A stretch of DNA of 64,000 nt from a virus: positions 116,107 through 180,106 of IMG/VR virus record IMGVR_UViG_3300020411_003715; one strand, written 5' to 3'. This document shows positions 36,801 to 45,075 of the stretch, one piece after another; position 1 is the stretch's first letter; each line of letters starts with the position of its first letter. Made by a program: the position numbers and the translations under genes. The notes under the pieces are model-generated. The model worked only from the letters and a program-made list of their open reading frames with translations, was not told the origin of the DNA and made no database searches.

Positions 36801-39800
36801 TGCTTCTTGTTGACGAGACGACGAGTGAATTCGGTGTATCCCCAGAGATTGGGGAGTGGTTGCCACTAGAGACTCGCTCAGGCGACCAGTACCTCACGGT
36901 TAATCCGGACTCTGAGCTTACACACGCTACGGCGGATAAAGAGGTTTCAAACCTTGGTGTGGCCAACAGCATCGGACCCAAGCAGGGGGTCCGTCCAGGG
37001 GTATTTCTTTCTAATAACCTCTCCAAGGTAAGGCAGCGGGAGACGGACGGCGCGTACTACCCTGCGCCGGATTTCGACTCCAGATCTACCCCAGAGGAGA
37101 TGCAGGACCGGAGTATTTTAGGGTCCATAGAGGGAACTCTTTTAGGTAACTACGTTCACTGGAACAGCAGGGCACAAAGTGTAGGAGACGCTGGCTTGGG
37201 GCTGAAAGATGTCTCCAGCTTTGGTGTGTTCTCTAACGGGGTAATAAAGGGCGGTAAGGCTTGGTCACACAGGCAGCAGAATGATTCCGGGTTCCCAGAG
37301 CACAGGTTAACATTGAACCCCTCAGTGTCTACGCTCTACATAGCTGAGACGTATCTTCTAGTCGGCGGCGCAAAGTGGTATCAGCCGGAGTTCGTTTTCG
37401 ATGTTTCGGATGTAAACGCCCCATATAATTTCCAACAAAATGGTGACGCGCTTGTTGTTTGGAACGCTAACGACCGAGAATATAAAGTTAGTGCGCTAGA
37501 TTCGGACGGGAATTACCTATTCCACCATAGTTCCCCAGCGCTCAATGGTACTGCTCCGGTGTGGTGGTCTGCGGAAGATATCCCTATCTGCATCGTTACC
37601 TCTGTTAACAACGGGGTCGAGGTCGTTACGGACGTCCGTATGCGTGTTCACAGGCAGGAGCGGAAAACAAGCCTATACGTCGGCTCTGTGGTTCCTTCTC
37701 ATGAGACGGTTGACGCTAATGGTGGGTATGTTTCTGACGAGATGAACTTTAGCACCATAGGCGAAGCTCTTAAGGCTATTGAGTGGTGGGATAAGGGTCA
37801 GGTCGACAGGAACTGGACTATCGAAGTTGTTGGGCCAACTACCGAAAAGGGCGACCAGTACCGAGGAATTACCATTCCGTACAAGCTTCCGTGCAACGGA
37901 ATAACCGTGCGGGGTCTTCGGGGAAGGGGCACAAAGAGCGCCACTGATGCACAGGGGCACGGGCCTGGGTGGTCAGGACTCACTAAGGGGCTCGACACAG
38001 TGAAGGCCAATTATAGTGGGGACAGCGGACCGGTTATCACCTGGGGAGATCGGGGCGGTATTCCAAAGTTTGGCCTGTTTGACATGGACTGTCGGTATGG
38101 GATCACCTTTGAGGACCTTTCCTTTGTTTTCGATGGGGACCTAAACAAGTCTTTGCCTGGGCCGAGCATGGTTCAGCAGGGGGACCTTTACCAGCCGGGT
38201 GGCATTGCAGCCACTTATCACCCGTATGGGGCTTGGCCGATGGACTGCTTATTTGTCACTGGGAACGACGCGTACACCAGTGACAACTCGGTCGACATGC
38301 TCAATGATCGCGAATCCAGGTTTAACACTGCGGGGTACGCGCACCCACTTAACAACCAATCATCTGCATTTGCTGGCGGCTGGACGTTTAGAAATATTGA
38401 TCTGCAAAATGCTGGAGGGCTTTTATGCACGTTGAACTCTTTTTATGAGATTGACGGCATTACTATCGAGAATTGCTCCGCTAGGTCGTGCTTGAGCTTT
38501 GCTACCTTGGGAATCAACACCGGAGACTTAACAGATTCTGGTATAGGATTTCCTAACCAAGATTCTAAGTACATAGCGAACGTATCCATTCGCAACAACT
38601 ACGCTTGTTTCCCGACAGTGAAGCACTATGCGGGAGGGAACCCGGAGGCGAATTCCAGCTACTATCTTGTCCAAGGCTTAGACTGCTTAACCCACTGGGT
38701 TCCTGTGCAAGGTGGGCAGGTAAACGAGTACAAAAACATCGACGGCCAAGCGGGCGAGGTTACTGGGCTGCACGCTCGATACAGGTCTGGTGTTTACGCC
38801 ATGAACTGCAAGCACATAAACGTAGAGAGCAACAGGTTTGAGCGTTTCTACTACGGCATTGCGTTCGCCCCAAACAGCCTCAGGTGGAACAACAATTACA
38901 TGCAGTACTGCGAAGGTGTGATTGATGGTAACACGATCACCTACACGCAGAGCACGGGAATCTACGCAACGGCGGCCCACCCGAAAGCAAACATCACGAT
39001 CACCAACAACACGGTCACAGACCCGGGGATGCCTTTGGGGGCGACTACGTATGATCCAGCAGAGCCGGGGTCAACAAAGTGGGGGCCGAACATTTTTGAC
39101 CTAGAGGCTTGGTGCATTAAGGCTATGGGTAAGGGATATACAATTTCCGGAAACCGGCTCCAGAACACTTGGCGACAGTCTTCCAAGCTCAATCTAGGGT
39201 GGCACTCTCACGTCCTGCACACCGACAAGTATCAGGCGGTATTTGATCGGTGTGATAAGACGGGGACGGAGAAGCCAGGGGGCCACAAGACGGCATACCA
39301 AGCGGGAGCGATTCAGCTATTTTCACACAACTCCATAATGGAGAATGACTCTGGAATAGACACGATTGTCTCTGGGAACAGCATTACTGTCGCTGGGCGC
39401 GCAATTATCGGGGTATGTCTCACGAACAGGGTTCCAAACGCCATCTTCACCGACAACTCTATTAACTTTGAGCCCCAGTTCAGGCATGAGTACAACAATA
39501 ACGATGTTGTTCATAACCGCATCACCGGCTCAACGAACTCACGGATAAATGACGCCGCACACAAGCTTCCTTGGGGTTTTTGGGTGGGGGATAACTGTCA
39601 CGAACTTAAGATCACGAATAGCCGAATTGGGGGGTCGATTCGTATCGGCGCGAACTCCCCTCGGTGTGAAATCTCAGGAAACACGATAAGCGCCGACTCG
39701 TTTAGGTATAAAAGCACTAACCTTAACAATGATGCCACACGGTCTAACACGGTTATCAGCGTTGCCGGGAACTGTCCGGAGACTACTATACATAACAATA

Positions 39801-42025
39801 GGGTCAGCCTCGGGTTCATTAACATCGGCACCCCAGTCAGCTCGATGTACAACTGCTCAATAACCAACAATGACCTAACATTTCAAAACCAAAATCTGAT
39901 GGAGTACTCAACAAACGAGCTGAGGGACATGCTAACCGCCCCTCCTACCGGGTGGCCTGACCCCTACCCAAACGAGCCTGATGAGAATTGGGATTGCCCA
40001 ACTGGAATCTGGGTTGATGGCTTCGCTGCAAATCTAAGCATTAACCATAACAGGACATACGGCGGGCAGATCCGTATCGCGGGGGCCTCGGCCTCACCTT
40101 CATTGAAAGTCATAGGCAACAGCACGGGCAGCCTAAATAGCACGAGACGTGTTACCTATGACCATTCTGGCCAGCCGAATAATGACCATGCATTCTACAC
40201 GCCCATAGCCCCTTATCGGGACGTATTAGGCGCGGATATTATAGTTGGAATGGCAGACGACGTAGTTGTTTCAGACAACGATACTGCTGGCGGGAGCATC
40301 CGGTTGGGCGCGCACGGCAACGGGCCTCTGAACAACCCAAGCTTTTATGTAGGGGCTGTCAACAACCTCACTGCTTCCGGGAATATACTCAACGGTGGAT
40401 CGATCCTGTTTTCTGGTTGCAATGCGTCTATAGCGAACAACATCCTTTGGACCGGGCGCGCTAATCAGACAGGCACTGCTGCTGGAACAAACCCCTACTG
40501 GGACAGTGGTAGAATCCACGCTTATGATAGTTGGGCGGTCACGATTTCTGGTAACGCTGTTTGTGGACCTATTTTCGCGGAACTTTGTCATGGTGTGAAG
40601 ATAGACGGCAATCGTGGCCGATATGGGTTTGAGCTTAAGGAATGTCACAACGCTGTCGTCTCCAGGAATAGCTTTATAGGCATGAACTGGCGGGACTACA
40701 GCGGCAACGGTCTCGTAAATGACTCAGTTAACGTATCTATCGACAACAACAAGATGTCGACAGCCGAAGGACAGCAAGTTGAGTTTGGTAAGCATGATTA
40801 CAGAAATACACTAGATCTTCTTCCTGTGATTTTCCCTGCGGACAGTCTGGCGGAAGCGGTACAGCCTTCGTGGGTAGATATTTGGGGAGCGGAGGGATGG
40901 AAGTGGGGCCACTCAGGCACTACGGACATGAGCGATGGCCCACCCGTGCCCGGGAGTATATCCGTAGTTATTGGGGGCGCGACGCAGTACCACCAGAACA
41001 GCGCCCACCCAACTATCGAAACGTGCGGAGGTAAGTTAACTATCCGGAACAGCCCAGGTGTTGTGCTGGACTCCAACCAAGCTAATCAAGCTCACCTCTT
41101 GAACTGCCCAAAGGCTGTTATTAAGAAAAATAAGTTTAACTTTGGTGGGGCTATGCCGGCCGGAAATAACAACTTCGGGGTAAAGGTTGAATGGGACACG
41201 CAGGGAGCGTCCAGGAATACGACTGTCTTAGAAAATGAGGTTGCTGGAAATATCCAGGTCGGAGTTAGCTTCCCAATTGCGCGGTCGATTTATAACAATT
41301 TTTATATCGTCGAGAGGAACATAGTGGGCACCATCATGTCCGGCGGACATTATCTCAGGACGAATACTGACAGTGAGAGCTACCCCGACGGCGTAGGCTG
41401 GCCCGATTTTTACAACTCGATTGGCCTGGGTACTGATTATAAACGCGCCTGGAAGGGTGGCGGAGGTTATATCGTAGTCGATGAGAAGGGTGGCGCTGTC
41501 ATTAAAGGCAATGACACCGTGTCCAAGGATTATTTCGGTTCCAGCACACTCCTTTTAAGCACTGTTTTTGAGGATGATTATGCGACCGAACACACACCCA
41601 TGTATCTGGGAATGAACTTTGGGGCCATTCTAGTTAACAGGTATAGGCACTATCAGGCATCAAAAGAAACTTTTGCTGACGGTACCGTTGGCACGTTTAA
41701 CTTTTTTGTTAGTAATGGAACAGCGATGCTCCTCGGAAACCGTACTGGTTGGACAATGCTGGGGCAGGGGATGTGCGTGAGGAATGTCGAGTACGACAAC
41801 CCGACAGACAGGAACATCGTCAGTATCGAGGAAGCGGAAGATGAGCAGACAAGTAACAAAGGTTTCGGTATCTTGGCGAACAAGAAAAACGTTTTTGTCG
41901 GCGTCGGGAACCCTATCTCCAACGGCTTTAAGCACAAGTTTTACGATGGATTGAATAGGAGTTCGCCCGTAGGAGGGATTCACAAGGGTGATATGCAGGA
42001 TGAGTGGGATCCTGGCGACGAATAA
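33818..42025 (+). CDS. Giant tail spike/fibre with long parallel beta-helix (pectin-lyase-like) region (2735 aa)
   Basis: N-terminal anchor FLAYGEDATSLAFNRAFAALSAN; FSTIGEAL helix cap; about 20 [IV]-x-x-N-x-[IVL] turns (ITNNTV, ISGNRL, VSGNSI, ISGNTI, IHNNRV, ITNNDL, ASGNIL, IANNIL, ISGNAV...); AAGGAG SD. Confidence 0.75.
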   Translation: MSYKYFGRLAGGIPTAKQALKETAPPNTKTPFNAQAPATKFLAYGEDATSLAFNRAFAALSANADYLAHVLDSPTVKDVTLSPTRQTAVSAGNDTPDDIALGPEGYYESGLSTLSGGTSSASSLVHLLDTSNGAGGESKTPITWVYLGLHKSKIGSNVQFYQTSPNTLHHSYSSSYTGTAHVGPQVGGVGGLSDPYATHTTTPIDAYRNSADANAGVSYWSMDYKLGGDQKYLANVSEGMPIHVPPIQRIKAQVTPYAGDWKAVNIYKFDSDGVYLQDHTFSELFLRPGCFVEISGDGDEHVNHGNNGLFQIASVIGSDHKPADGGQGDKAILTRGGLCRVTVRDWRVFGRGEMVSWASAPNHNVDVNKPGERDNYAYVAYIVPRPDIEVAPASGDYPGDLYLSAHSALDDFKHGDSGRRIGSPSNAGSARYEGIGNAGFGTLDPEDPVKDHLGNEINNALQNHGILPGTRLYHGHAHFYPDQSPWNLPAEYASAYSDVLSKAEGGAIVGPGEPVVFDTTTAAGRVWPCSPAGFSLNPSFHMPDDNQLRNADYMVAAKTLTTVRESLIESSVSAGGVNTFGINSPKEALLDKWLKYVKYGSVTVANANADDLMHGSDKLIGSQALGKVVAPRHDNLNDAWAPTATLLGADLWEVTVVLDSTAGPAVGDQTTFESHYASWKALGNNNIWPTIGNSHELAFWDVSQPYMDGFLGVDAGSERTHTKARIVAVDGNKVTFANVFRAPTSFNSNNTFSHYHLHDGWTENKKLWPITDQGDKSKIKFNIAGSYAIYKVEQIHKAPVTDNLVGNLSIPRTGLDGIYNNSLSANPALRGDLGTAGADNIHVASGTGNEVWVNPARPITLILPGGDELDGLTKHPHEWASGKGEVGLLTKNNNKYYAVMARMTRRYASGDVQNLLHSNDQTTSWNDGEFSLGEPRLEISWRYGSSHAHRLTHGWFNANSDGNEYAPSSWKGLAGTHLFTYSESMVGGYDKSKRMLLVDETTSEFGVSPEIGEWLPLETRSGDQYLTVNPDSELTHATADKEVSNLGVANSIGPKQGVRPGVFLSNNLSKVRQRETDGAYYPAPDFDSRSTPEEMQDRSILGSIEGTLLGNYVHWNSRAQSVGDAGLGLKDVSSFGVFSNGVIKGGKAWSHRQQNDSGFPEHRLTLNPSVSTLYIAETYLLVGGAKWYQPEFVFDVSDVNAPYNFQQNGDALVVWNANDREYKVSALDSDGNYLFHHSSPALNGTAPVWWSAEDIPICIVTSVNNGVEVVTDVRMRVHRQERKTSLYVGSVVPSHETVDANGGYVSDEMNFSTIGEALKAIEWWDKGQVDRNWTIEVVGPTTEKGDQYRGITIPYKLPCNGITVRGLRGRGTKSATDAQGHGPGWSGLTKGLDTVKANYSGDSGPVITWGDRGGIPKFGLFDMDCRYGITFEDLSFVFDGDLNKSLPGPSMVQQGDLYQPGGIAATYHPYGAWPMDCLFVTGNDAYTSDNSVDMLNDRESRFNTAGYAHPLNNQSSAFAGGWTFRNIDLQNAGGLLCTLNSFYEIDGITIENCSARSCLSFATLGINTGDLTDSGIGFPNQDSKYIANVSIRNNYACFPTVKHYAGGNPEANSSYYLVQGLDCLTHWVPVQGGQVNEYKNIDGQAGEVTGLHARYRSGVYAMNCKHINVESNRFERFYYGIAFAPNSLRWNNNYMQYCEGVIDGNTITYTQSTGIYATAAHPKANITITNNTVTDPGMPLGATTYDPAEPGSTKWGPNIFDLEAWCIKAMGKGYTISGNRLQNTWRQSSKLNLGWHSHVLHTDKYQAVFDRCDKTGTEKPGGHKTAYQAGAIQLFSHNSIMENDSGIDTIVSGNSITVAGRAIIGVCLTNRVPNAIFTDNSINFEPQFRHEYNNNDVVHNRITGSTNSRINDAAHKLPWGFWVGDNCHELKITNSRIGGSIRIGANSPRCEISGNTISADSFRYKSTNLNNDATRSNTVISVAGNCPETTIHNNRVSLGFINIGTPVSSMYNCSITNNDLTFQNQNLMEYSTNELRDMLTAPPTGWPDPYPNEPDENWDCPTGIWVDGFAANLSINHNRTYGGQIRIAGASASPSLKVIGNSTGSLNSTRRVTYDHSGQPNNDHAFYTPIAPYRDVLGADIIVGMADDVVVSDNDTAGGSIRLGAHGNGPLNNPSFYVGAVNNLTASGNILNGGSILFSGCNASIANNILWTGRANQTGTAAGTNPYWDSGRIHAYDSWAVTISGNAVCGPIFAELCHGVKIDGNRGRYGFELKECHNAVVSRNSFIGMNWRDYSGNGLVNDSVNVSIDNNKMSTAEGQQVEFGKHDYRNTLDLLPVIFPADSLAEAVQPSWVDIWGAEGWKWGHSGTTDMSDGPPVPGSISVVIGGATQYHQNSAHPTIETCGGKLTIRNSPGVVLDSNQANQAHLLNCPKAVIKKNKFNFGGAMPAGNNNFGVKVEWDTQGASRNTTVLENEVAGNIQVGVSFPIARSIYNNFYIVERNIVGTIMSGGHYLRTNTDSESYPDGVGWPDFYNSIGLGTDYKRAWKGGGGYIVVDEKGGAVIKGNDTVSKDYFGSSTLLLSTVFEDDYATEHTPMYLGMNFGAILVNRYRHYQASKETFADGTVGTFNFFVSNGTAMLLGNRTGWTMLGQGMCVRNVEYDNPTDRNIVSIEEAEDEQTSNKGFGILANKKNVFVGVGNPISNGFKHKFYDGLNRSSPVGGIHKGDMQDEWDPGDE

Positions 42026-42036
42026 CAGTATTAGGT

Positions 42037-42068
42037 AAAAAAAGAGGAGGGGGATAGCCCCCCTCCTC
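42037..42068 (-). terminator. Rho-independent terminator after 42083-42550
   Basis: Minus strand GAGGAGGGGG-GCTAT-CCCCCTCCTC-TTTTTTT: 10-bp stem plus U7. Confidence 0.9.
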
Positions 42069-42082
42069 CCCCTTCGGCTCTC

Positions 42083-42550
42083 TTAGCCTTGATTACGCAT
42101 CTGGCCCTCTACGGACAGCGAGCGTACAATCAAGTCTGCCAGTTCAGCCTTGGCCTTCCCGGCAGTATTGATACCGAGCGATGCGGCCTTCTTCCGAAGG
42201 TCGTTAATGGAAGCAGCGTTCATCAGATCGAGCGCTTGCTCATTCAGGCCTACGGTAAAGAGCGGCTCCTGAAAATTCTCCTTCATCTCGTTCGCCTGTG
42301 CGTACACAGCCGCCGACTCCTCTGCCTCCGCAGCTTCAGCCTTAGCCTTAGCCTTAGCTTCAGCCTTGGCGGCCTTGGCCTCAGCCTTAGCGGCCTTTTT
42401 GGCCTTACGCCAGTCCGAAATTTTTTCGCCCGTCTTGTCCATAGCACGAATGACGTGGACAGCTACGACGGTTGAGAGAACAGCCTTTCCAAGCTGTTTT
42501 GCGGTTGGGCCTGTGATGGCCTGGATAGCAGGTTGCATTAGTCCGTTCAT
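42083..42550 (-). CDS. Lys/Ala-rich protein with C-terminal Rho-N/HeH-like nucleic-acid-binding motif
   Basis: KAKKAAKAEAKAAKAEAKAKAKAE tract and SINDLRKKAASLGINTAGKAKAELADLI; AAGGAGG SD. Confidence 0.65.
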   Translation of the reverse strand: MNGLMQPAIQAITGPTAKQLGKAVLSTVVAVHVIRAMDKTGEKISDWRKAKKAAKAEAKAAKAEAKAKAKAEAAEAEESAAVYAQANEMKENFQEPLFTVGLNEQALDLMNAASINDLRKKAASLGINTAGKAKAELADLIVRSLSVEGQMRNQG

Positions 42551-42610
42551 GGTTTCCTCCTTAAGGATGTTGTGGGACTTTGAAAGAACCTAATTGATCC
42601 CTTCAATATT

Positions 42611-42624
42611 CTTATCCCTAAAAA
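42611..42624 (-). promoter_or_regulatory. Putative promoter element TTTTTAGGGATAAG
   Basis: Intergenic, about 60 nt upstream of 42550; matches motifs at 43492 and 60613. Confidence 0.5.
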
Positions 42625-42650
42625 GGGTCTTACTTTTGCACCCCTAGGTT

Positions 42651-42675
42651 AAAAAAAGGGGCCGAAGCCCCCTTT
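42651..42675 (-). terminator. Rho-independent terminator with C(UUCG)G loop
   Basis: Minus strand GGGGC-TTCG-GCCCC-TTTTTTT, directly after the phosphoesterase stop. Confidence 0.92.
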
Positions 42676-42679
42676 AGTT

Positions 42680-43444
42680 CTAGTTCAGCTCTAGAGGATC
42701 ACAGTAAACCGTCTCCGCCTTAATGGTTACGTATCCGTTGACGCCTGCGTAGAAGTCACGAATAATTACCGCGCAGAGATGCCCACCGTGGACACATCCG
42801 AGGTCGAGACCAGTGGCGTGCTTAAAGGAAACAGGCATGCTCTTGTACAAGAAGGGCTGGTGCCCGAAGAACACATGCCCAAACCTGCCATCATAGATGT
42901 CTGCCCAGTAGTCGTCTTGGCCGGTTTCTTCGCCAAATACGACCATTGAGCCCGCATCGTTCACGTAGCGAGTGTACATCACTCGATCCACACGCTTCTT
43001 CTCTTTGCCCGACAGCGTGGAGGGGTCATCTGGGAGACTCTCAAGCTTGGGGGTTATTCCTCCATGCACGACCGTGTAGAAGTCCTTTCTGAAGTACGGC
43101 ACAACCTTGTGCCGCAACCAGTCCCTAAGGTCTTGGTCTGTGGACTCCATAACGGCGGACAGTTCCTCCGCGCCCTTCATCTCCATGGCCTTGTCCCGAT
43201 TGTCCGCCTCCACCTTCTTCCAGAACCGGAAGTTTTTGTTCTCGTGGTTACCTTGAACAATGACCGTATTCTCGTCTCCGAGACTACGAACAAAGCGAAG
43301 AACTCCCGCGCTATCAGGCCCCTTGTCGACAAGATCCCCGACGAAAATAAACTCGTCGACTCCTTTCTCCTTCAGGCTCCCCACAAGCCTCTGTAGCTCC
43401 ACGAGACACCCGTGAACGTCGCCGATAATTGCTGTCCCCGGCAT
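42680..43444 (-). CDS. Calcineurin-like metallophosphoesterase (PrpE/ApaH/PPP family)
   Basis: IIGDVHGC, FVGDLVDKGPDS, QGNHE, VVHGG, FFGHQP and LDLGCVHGGHL: the complete PPP-family motif set. Confidence 0.93.
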   Translation of the reverse strand: MPGTAIIGDVHGCLVELQRLVGSLKEKGVDEFIFVGDLVDKGPDSAGVLRFVRSLGDENTVIVQGNHENKNFRFWKKVEADNRDKAMEMKGAEELSAVMESTDQDLRDWLRHKVVPYFRKDFYTVVHGGITPKLESLPDDPSTLSGKEKKRVDRVMYTRYVNDAGSMVVFGEETGQDDYWADIYDGRFGHVFFGHQPFLYKSMPVSFKHATGLDLGCVHGGHLCAVIIRDFYAGVNGYVTIKAETVYCDPLELN

Positions 43445-43491
43445 CGCAACCTCCTTTTGGTTATGTAGCCTGTAAGTAGGTCTACATAAAT

Positions 43492-43505
43492 CTTATGCCA
43501 ATATT
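43492..43505 (-). promoter_or_regulatory. Putative promoter element AATATTGGCATAAG
   Basis: Intergenic, between a terminator and the phosphoesterase start; shares GG-N-ATAAG. Confidence 0.5.
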
Positions 43506-43526
43506 AGGTTGTAATATTGCATAGAT

Positions 43527-43566
43527 AAAAAAAGAGGGAGAGGCTGCCGAAGCAACCTCCCCCTCT
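43527..43566 (-). terminator. Rho-independent terminator with C(UUCG)G loop
   Basis: Minus strand GAGGGGGAGGTTGC-TTCG-GCAGCCTCTCCCTC-TTTTTTT: 14-bp stem with two G-U pairs. Confidence 0.9.
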
Positions 43567-43600
43567 CACCACAACCCTGAAGGAGGTCCAGGGATTCTAT

Positions 43601-44383
43601 CTATCCGTCGTCGTTCACAACGTACTTGTCCGGCGTTGGGATCTTTGAGAGATCGGCAACCATCTGCTCGTCCTCATCAATTGCGAGAGTGTTTACCAGG
43701 AACGCTAGCGTGTTGGAGACCATGTTCATTGATTCGGTCTGTTCAATCCGAATTGTGTTTAGGTCTGACTGAAGGGCGCTAACCATCTCTTGTAGCATCT
43801 TGATATTATTACCTTGCTCAGCAATCTTATCAAGGAAGGCAGCGGAGGCGAAGTCTACCCCCCGGTCAAAGTCCTCAATGCTGCTCGCAACCACCGCGGT
43901 TGCCTTCTTTACCTCTGCGGCCCCTTTGCTGGTAGCAGGCTCAATCTTTTTACGGGGACGACCGCGCTTTCGCTTCGGAGCGGCCTCCGCCTCAGGTTGA
44001 GCAGCCTCAACCTTTCGAGGCCTGCCACGCTTTCGCTTTGGAGGATCTGGAACGACATCAACTGTCTCATTCGCAGACTCCGCCACATCGGCATCACCCC
44101 CCTCGGGAGGAAACTTTGGGGCCGGACGATTGCCGGTAACAAACTCTTGCAGTTGGGAGATGTACGATGACACTCCGGGCCTGAATGTATCCTCACCTAC
44201 GGAGGCGAGACTGATTTTAGAGAATTCTTCGGCGCGCTCGTGAATCCACGAGACAACCTCCGTCTCTTTCATCGTATACGCGTCGAGGGGCTCAAGCCCC
44301 ATTCCTACGATAGCGATTTTCCGAAGCTCCGCCCTGTCGAGCGGGTCCAGCATCTTCTTAGTAAATCTTTGCTTACTAGCCAT
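43601..44383 (-). CDS. AT-hook DNA-binding protein (260 aa from MASKQRF)
   Basis: KRKRGRPRKVE and PKRKRGRPRKKIE in an acidic/Pro linker, with a C-terminal coiled coil. Start reset to 44383 (GGAGG SD, overlap with the 44376-44663 ORF). Confidence 0.75.
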   Translation of the reverse strand: MASKQRFTKKMLDPLDRAELRKIAIVGMGLEPLDAYTMKETEVVSWIHERAEEFSKISLASVGEDTFRPGVSSYISQLQEFVTGNRPAPKFPPEGGDADVAESANETVDVVPDPPKRKRGRPRKVEAAQPEAEAAPKRKRGRPRKKIEPATSKGAAEVKKATAVVASSIEDFDRGVDFASAAFLDKIAEQGNNIKMLQEMVSALQSDLNTIRIEQTESMNMVSNTLAFLVNTLAIDEDEQMVADLSKIPTPDKYVVNDDG

Positions 44384-44663
44384 TTGGTTCCTCCATGAGT
44401 TGGTTGTGACAAAACACAACTTGCCCATCGTGATGTTTGTAACAGTCCCCATCGCATGGAAGGGAGAGCTTGTTACGGTTGTTCTCGATAAATTCAATAA
44501 GGTTATCCCGCATAACATTTATAGGGCTTTGGGGGACAACATTAGTCTTATACTGAAGAAAGTCGTGTAATTGCTCTGGGCTTGCTGAGGGGCTTACACG
44601 AACGCCCATCTGCTCCCACACGATGTGTCGGAGTTCTTCGAACCCGACGTCAGGATTCATCAC
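44376..44663 (-). CDS. Small Cys/His-rich hypothetical protein (95 aa)
   Basis: Coupled by short overlaps to both neighbours; LSLPCDGDCYKHHDGQVVFCHNQL. Confidence 0.65.
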   Translation of the reverse strand: MMNPDVGFEELRHIVWEQMGVRVSPSASPEQLHDFLQYKTNVVPQSPINVMRDNLIEFIENNRNKLSLPCDGDCYKHHDGQVVFCHNQLMEEPNG

Positions 44664-45075
44664 GCACCTCCGCTATAGTTAACCTGATGCCGACAAAATC
44701 AGAATCAGGGCCATGATGTTTTTTAACGAATTCTTCTATGAAGCAGGAGTCATCTATGCCGAGGCATTCTGAAACAACGTCTTCAAGAACCTTCACCAAA
44801 TTTGAAACATCTCTTCTTTTATACCGCGTTTTCGCCTTTTTCGGCCACCCCTTATTAAACATTGATGGTAGGTAGTAGTGGACGTTCAGTCGGTACGGCT
44901 TATTTGGATCTAGCGGCTCCCCGCTAAAGTTCACCTGCTTAGCTATCTCTACCCCGGCCTGCGCCTTAAACTTCTTCATTTTTGAGGAAGGTCTGGGCCC
45001 CCGGGTCGTGTAGACATACATCTCATTTACCGATGGCGGCAAGATGGAGATGGTTGCTGAGAATACTTCTTTCAA
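44650..45075 (-). CDS. rusA: RusA-like Holliday junction resolvase
   Basis: LPPSVNEMY and RRDVSNLVKVLEDVVSECLGIDDSCF match the RusA D-x-x-N-x-x-K-x-x-x-D...DD motif. Confidence 0.85.
   Translation of the reverse strand: MKEVFSATISILPPSVNEMYVYTTRGPRPSSKMKKFKAQAGVEIAKQVNFSGEPLDPNKPYRLNVHYYLPSMFNKGWPKKAKTRYKRRDVSNLVKVLEDVVSECLGIDDSCFIEEFVKKHHGPDSDFVGIRLTIAEVRDES

Noticed and set aside
11551-42025. Inteins or introns explaining the giant ORFs
   Set aside because: No C/S...HN-[CST] splice junctions or LAGLIDADG/HNH motifs were recognised by eye, and the reading frames are uninterrupted.
44384-44518. N-terminal extension of the AT-hook ORF given in the track (305 aa)
   Set aside because: It overlaps a better-supported 95 aa gene, and a strong GGAGG precedes ATG 44383.
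44502-44560. Two further ATAAG/ATAAC promoter-like motifs
   Set aside because: They lie inside the 44376-44663 coding sequence and match less well; not listed as features.
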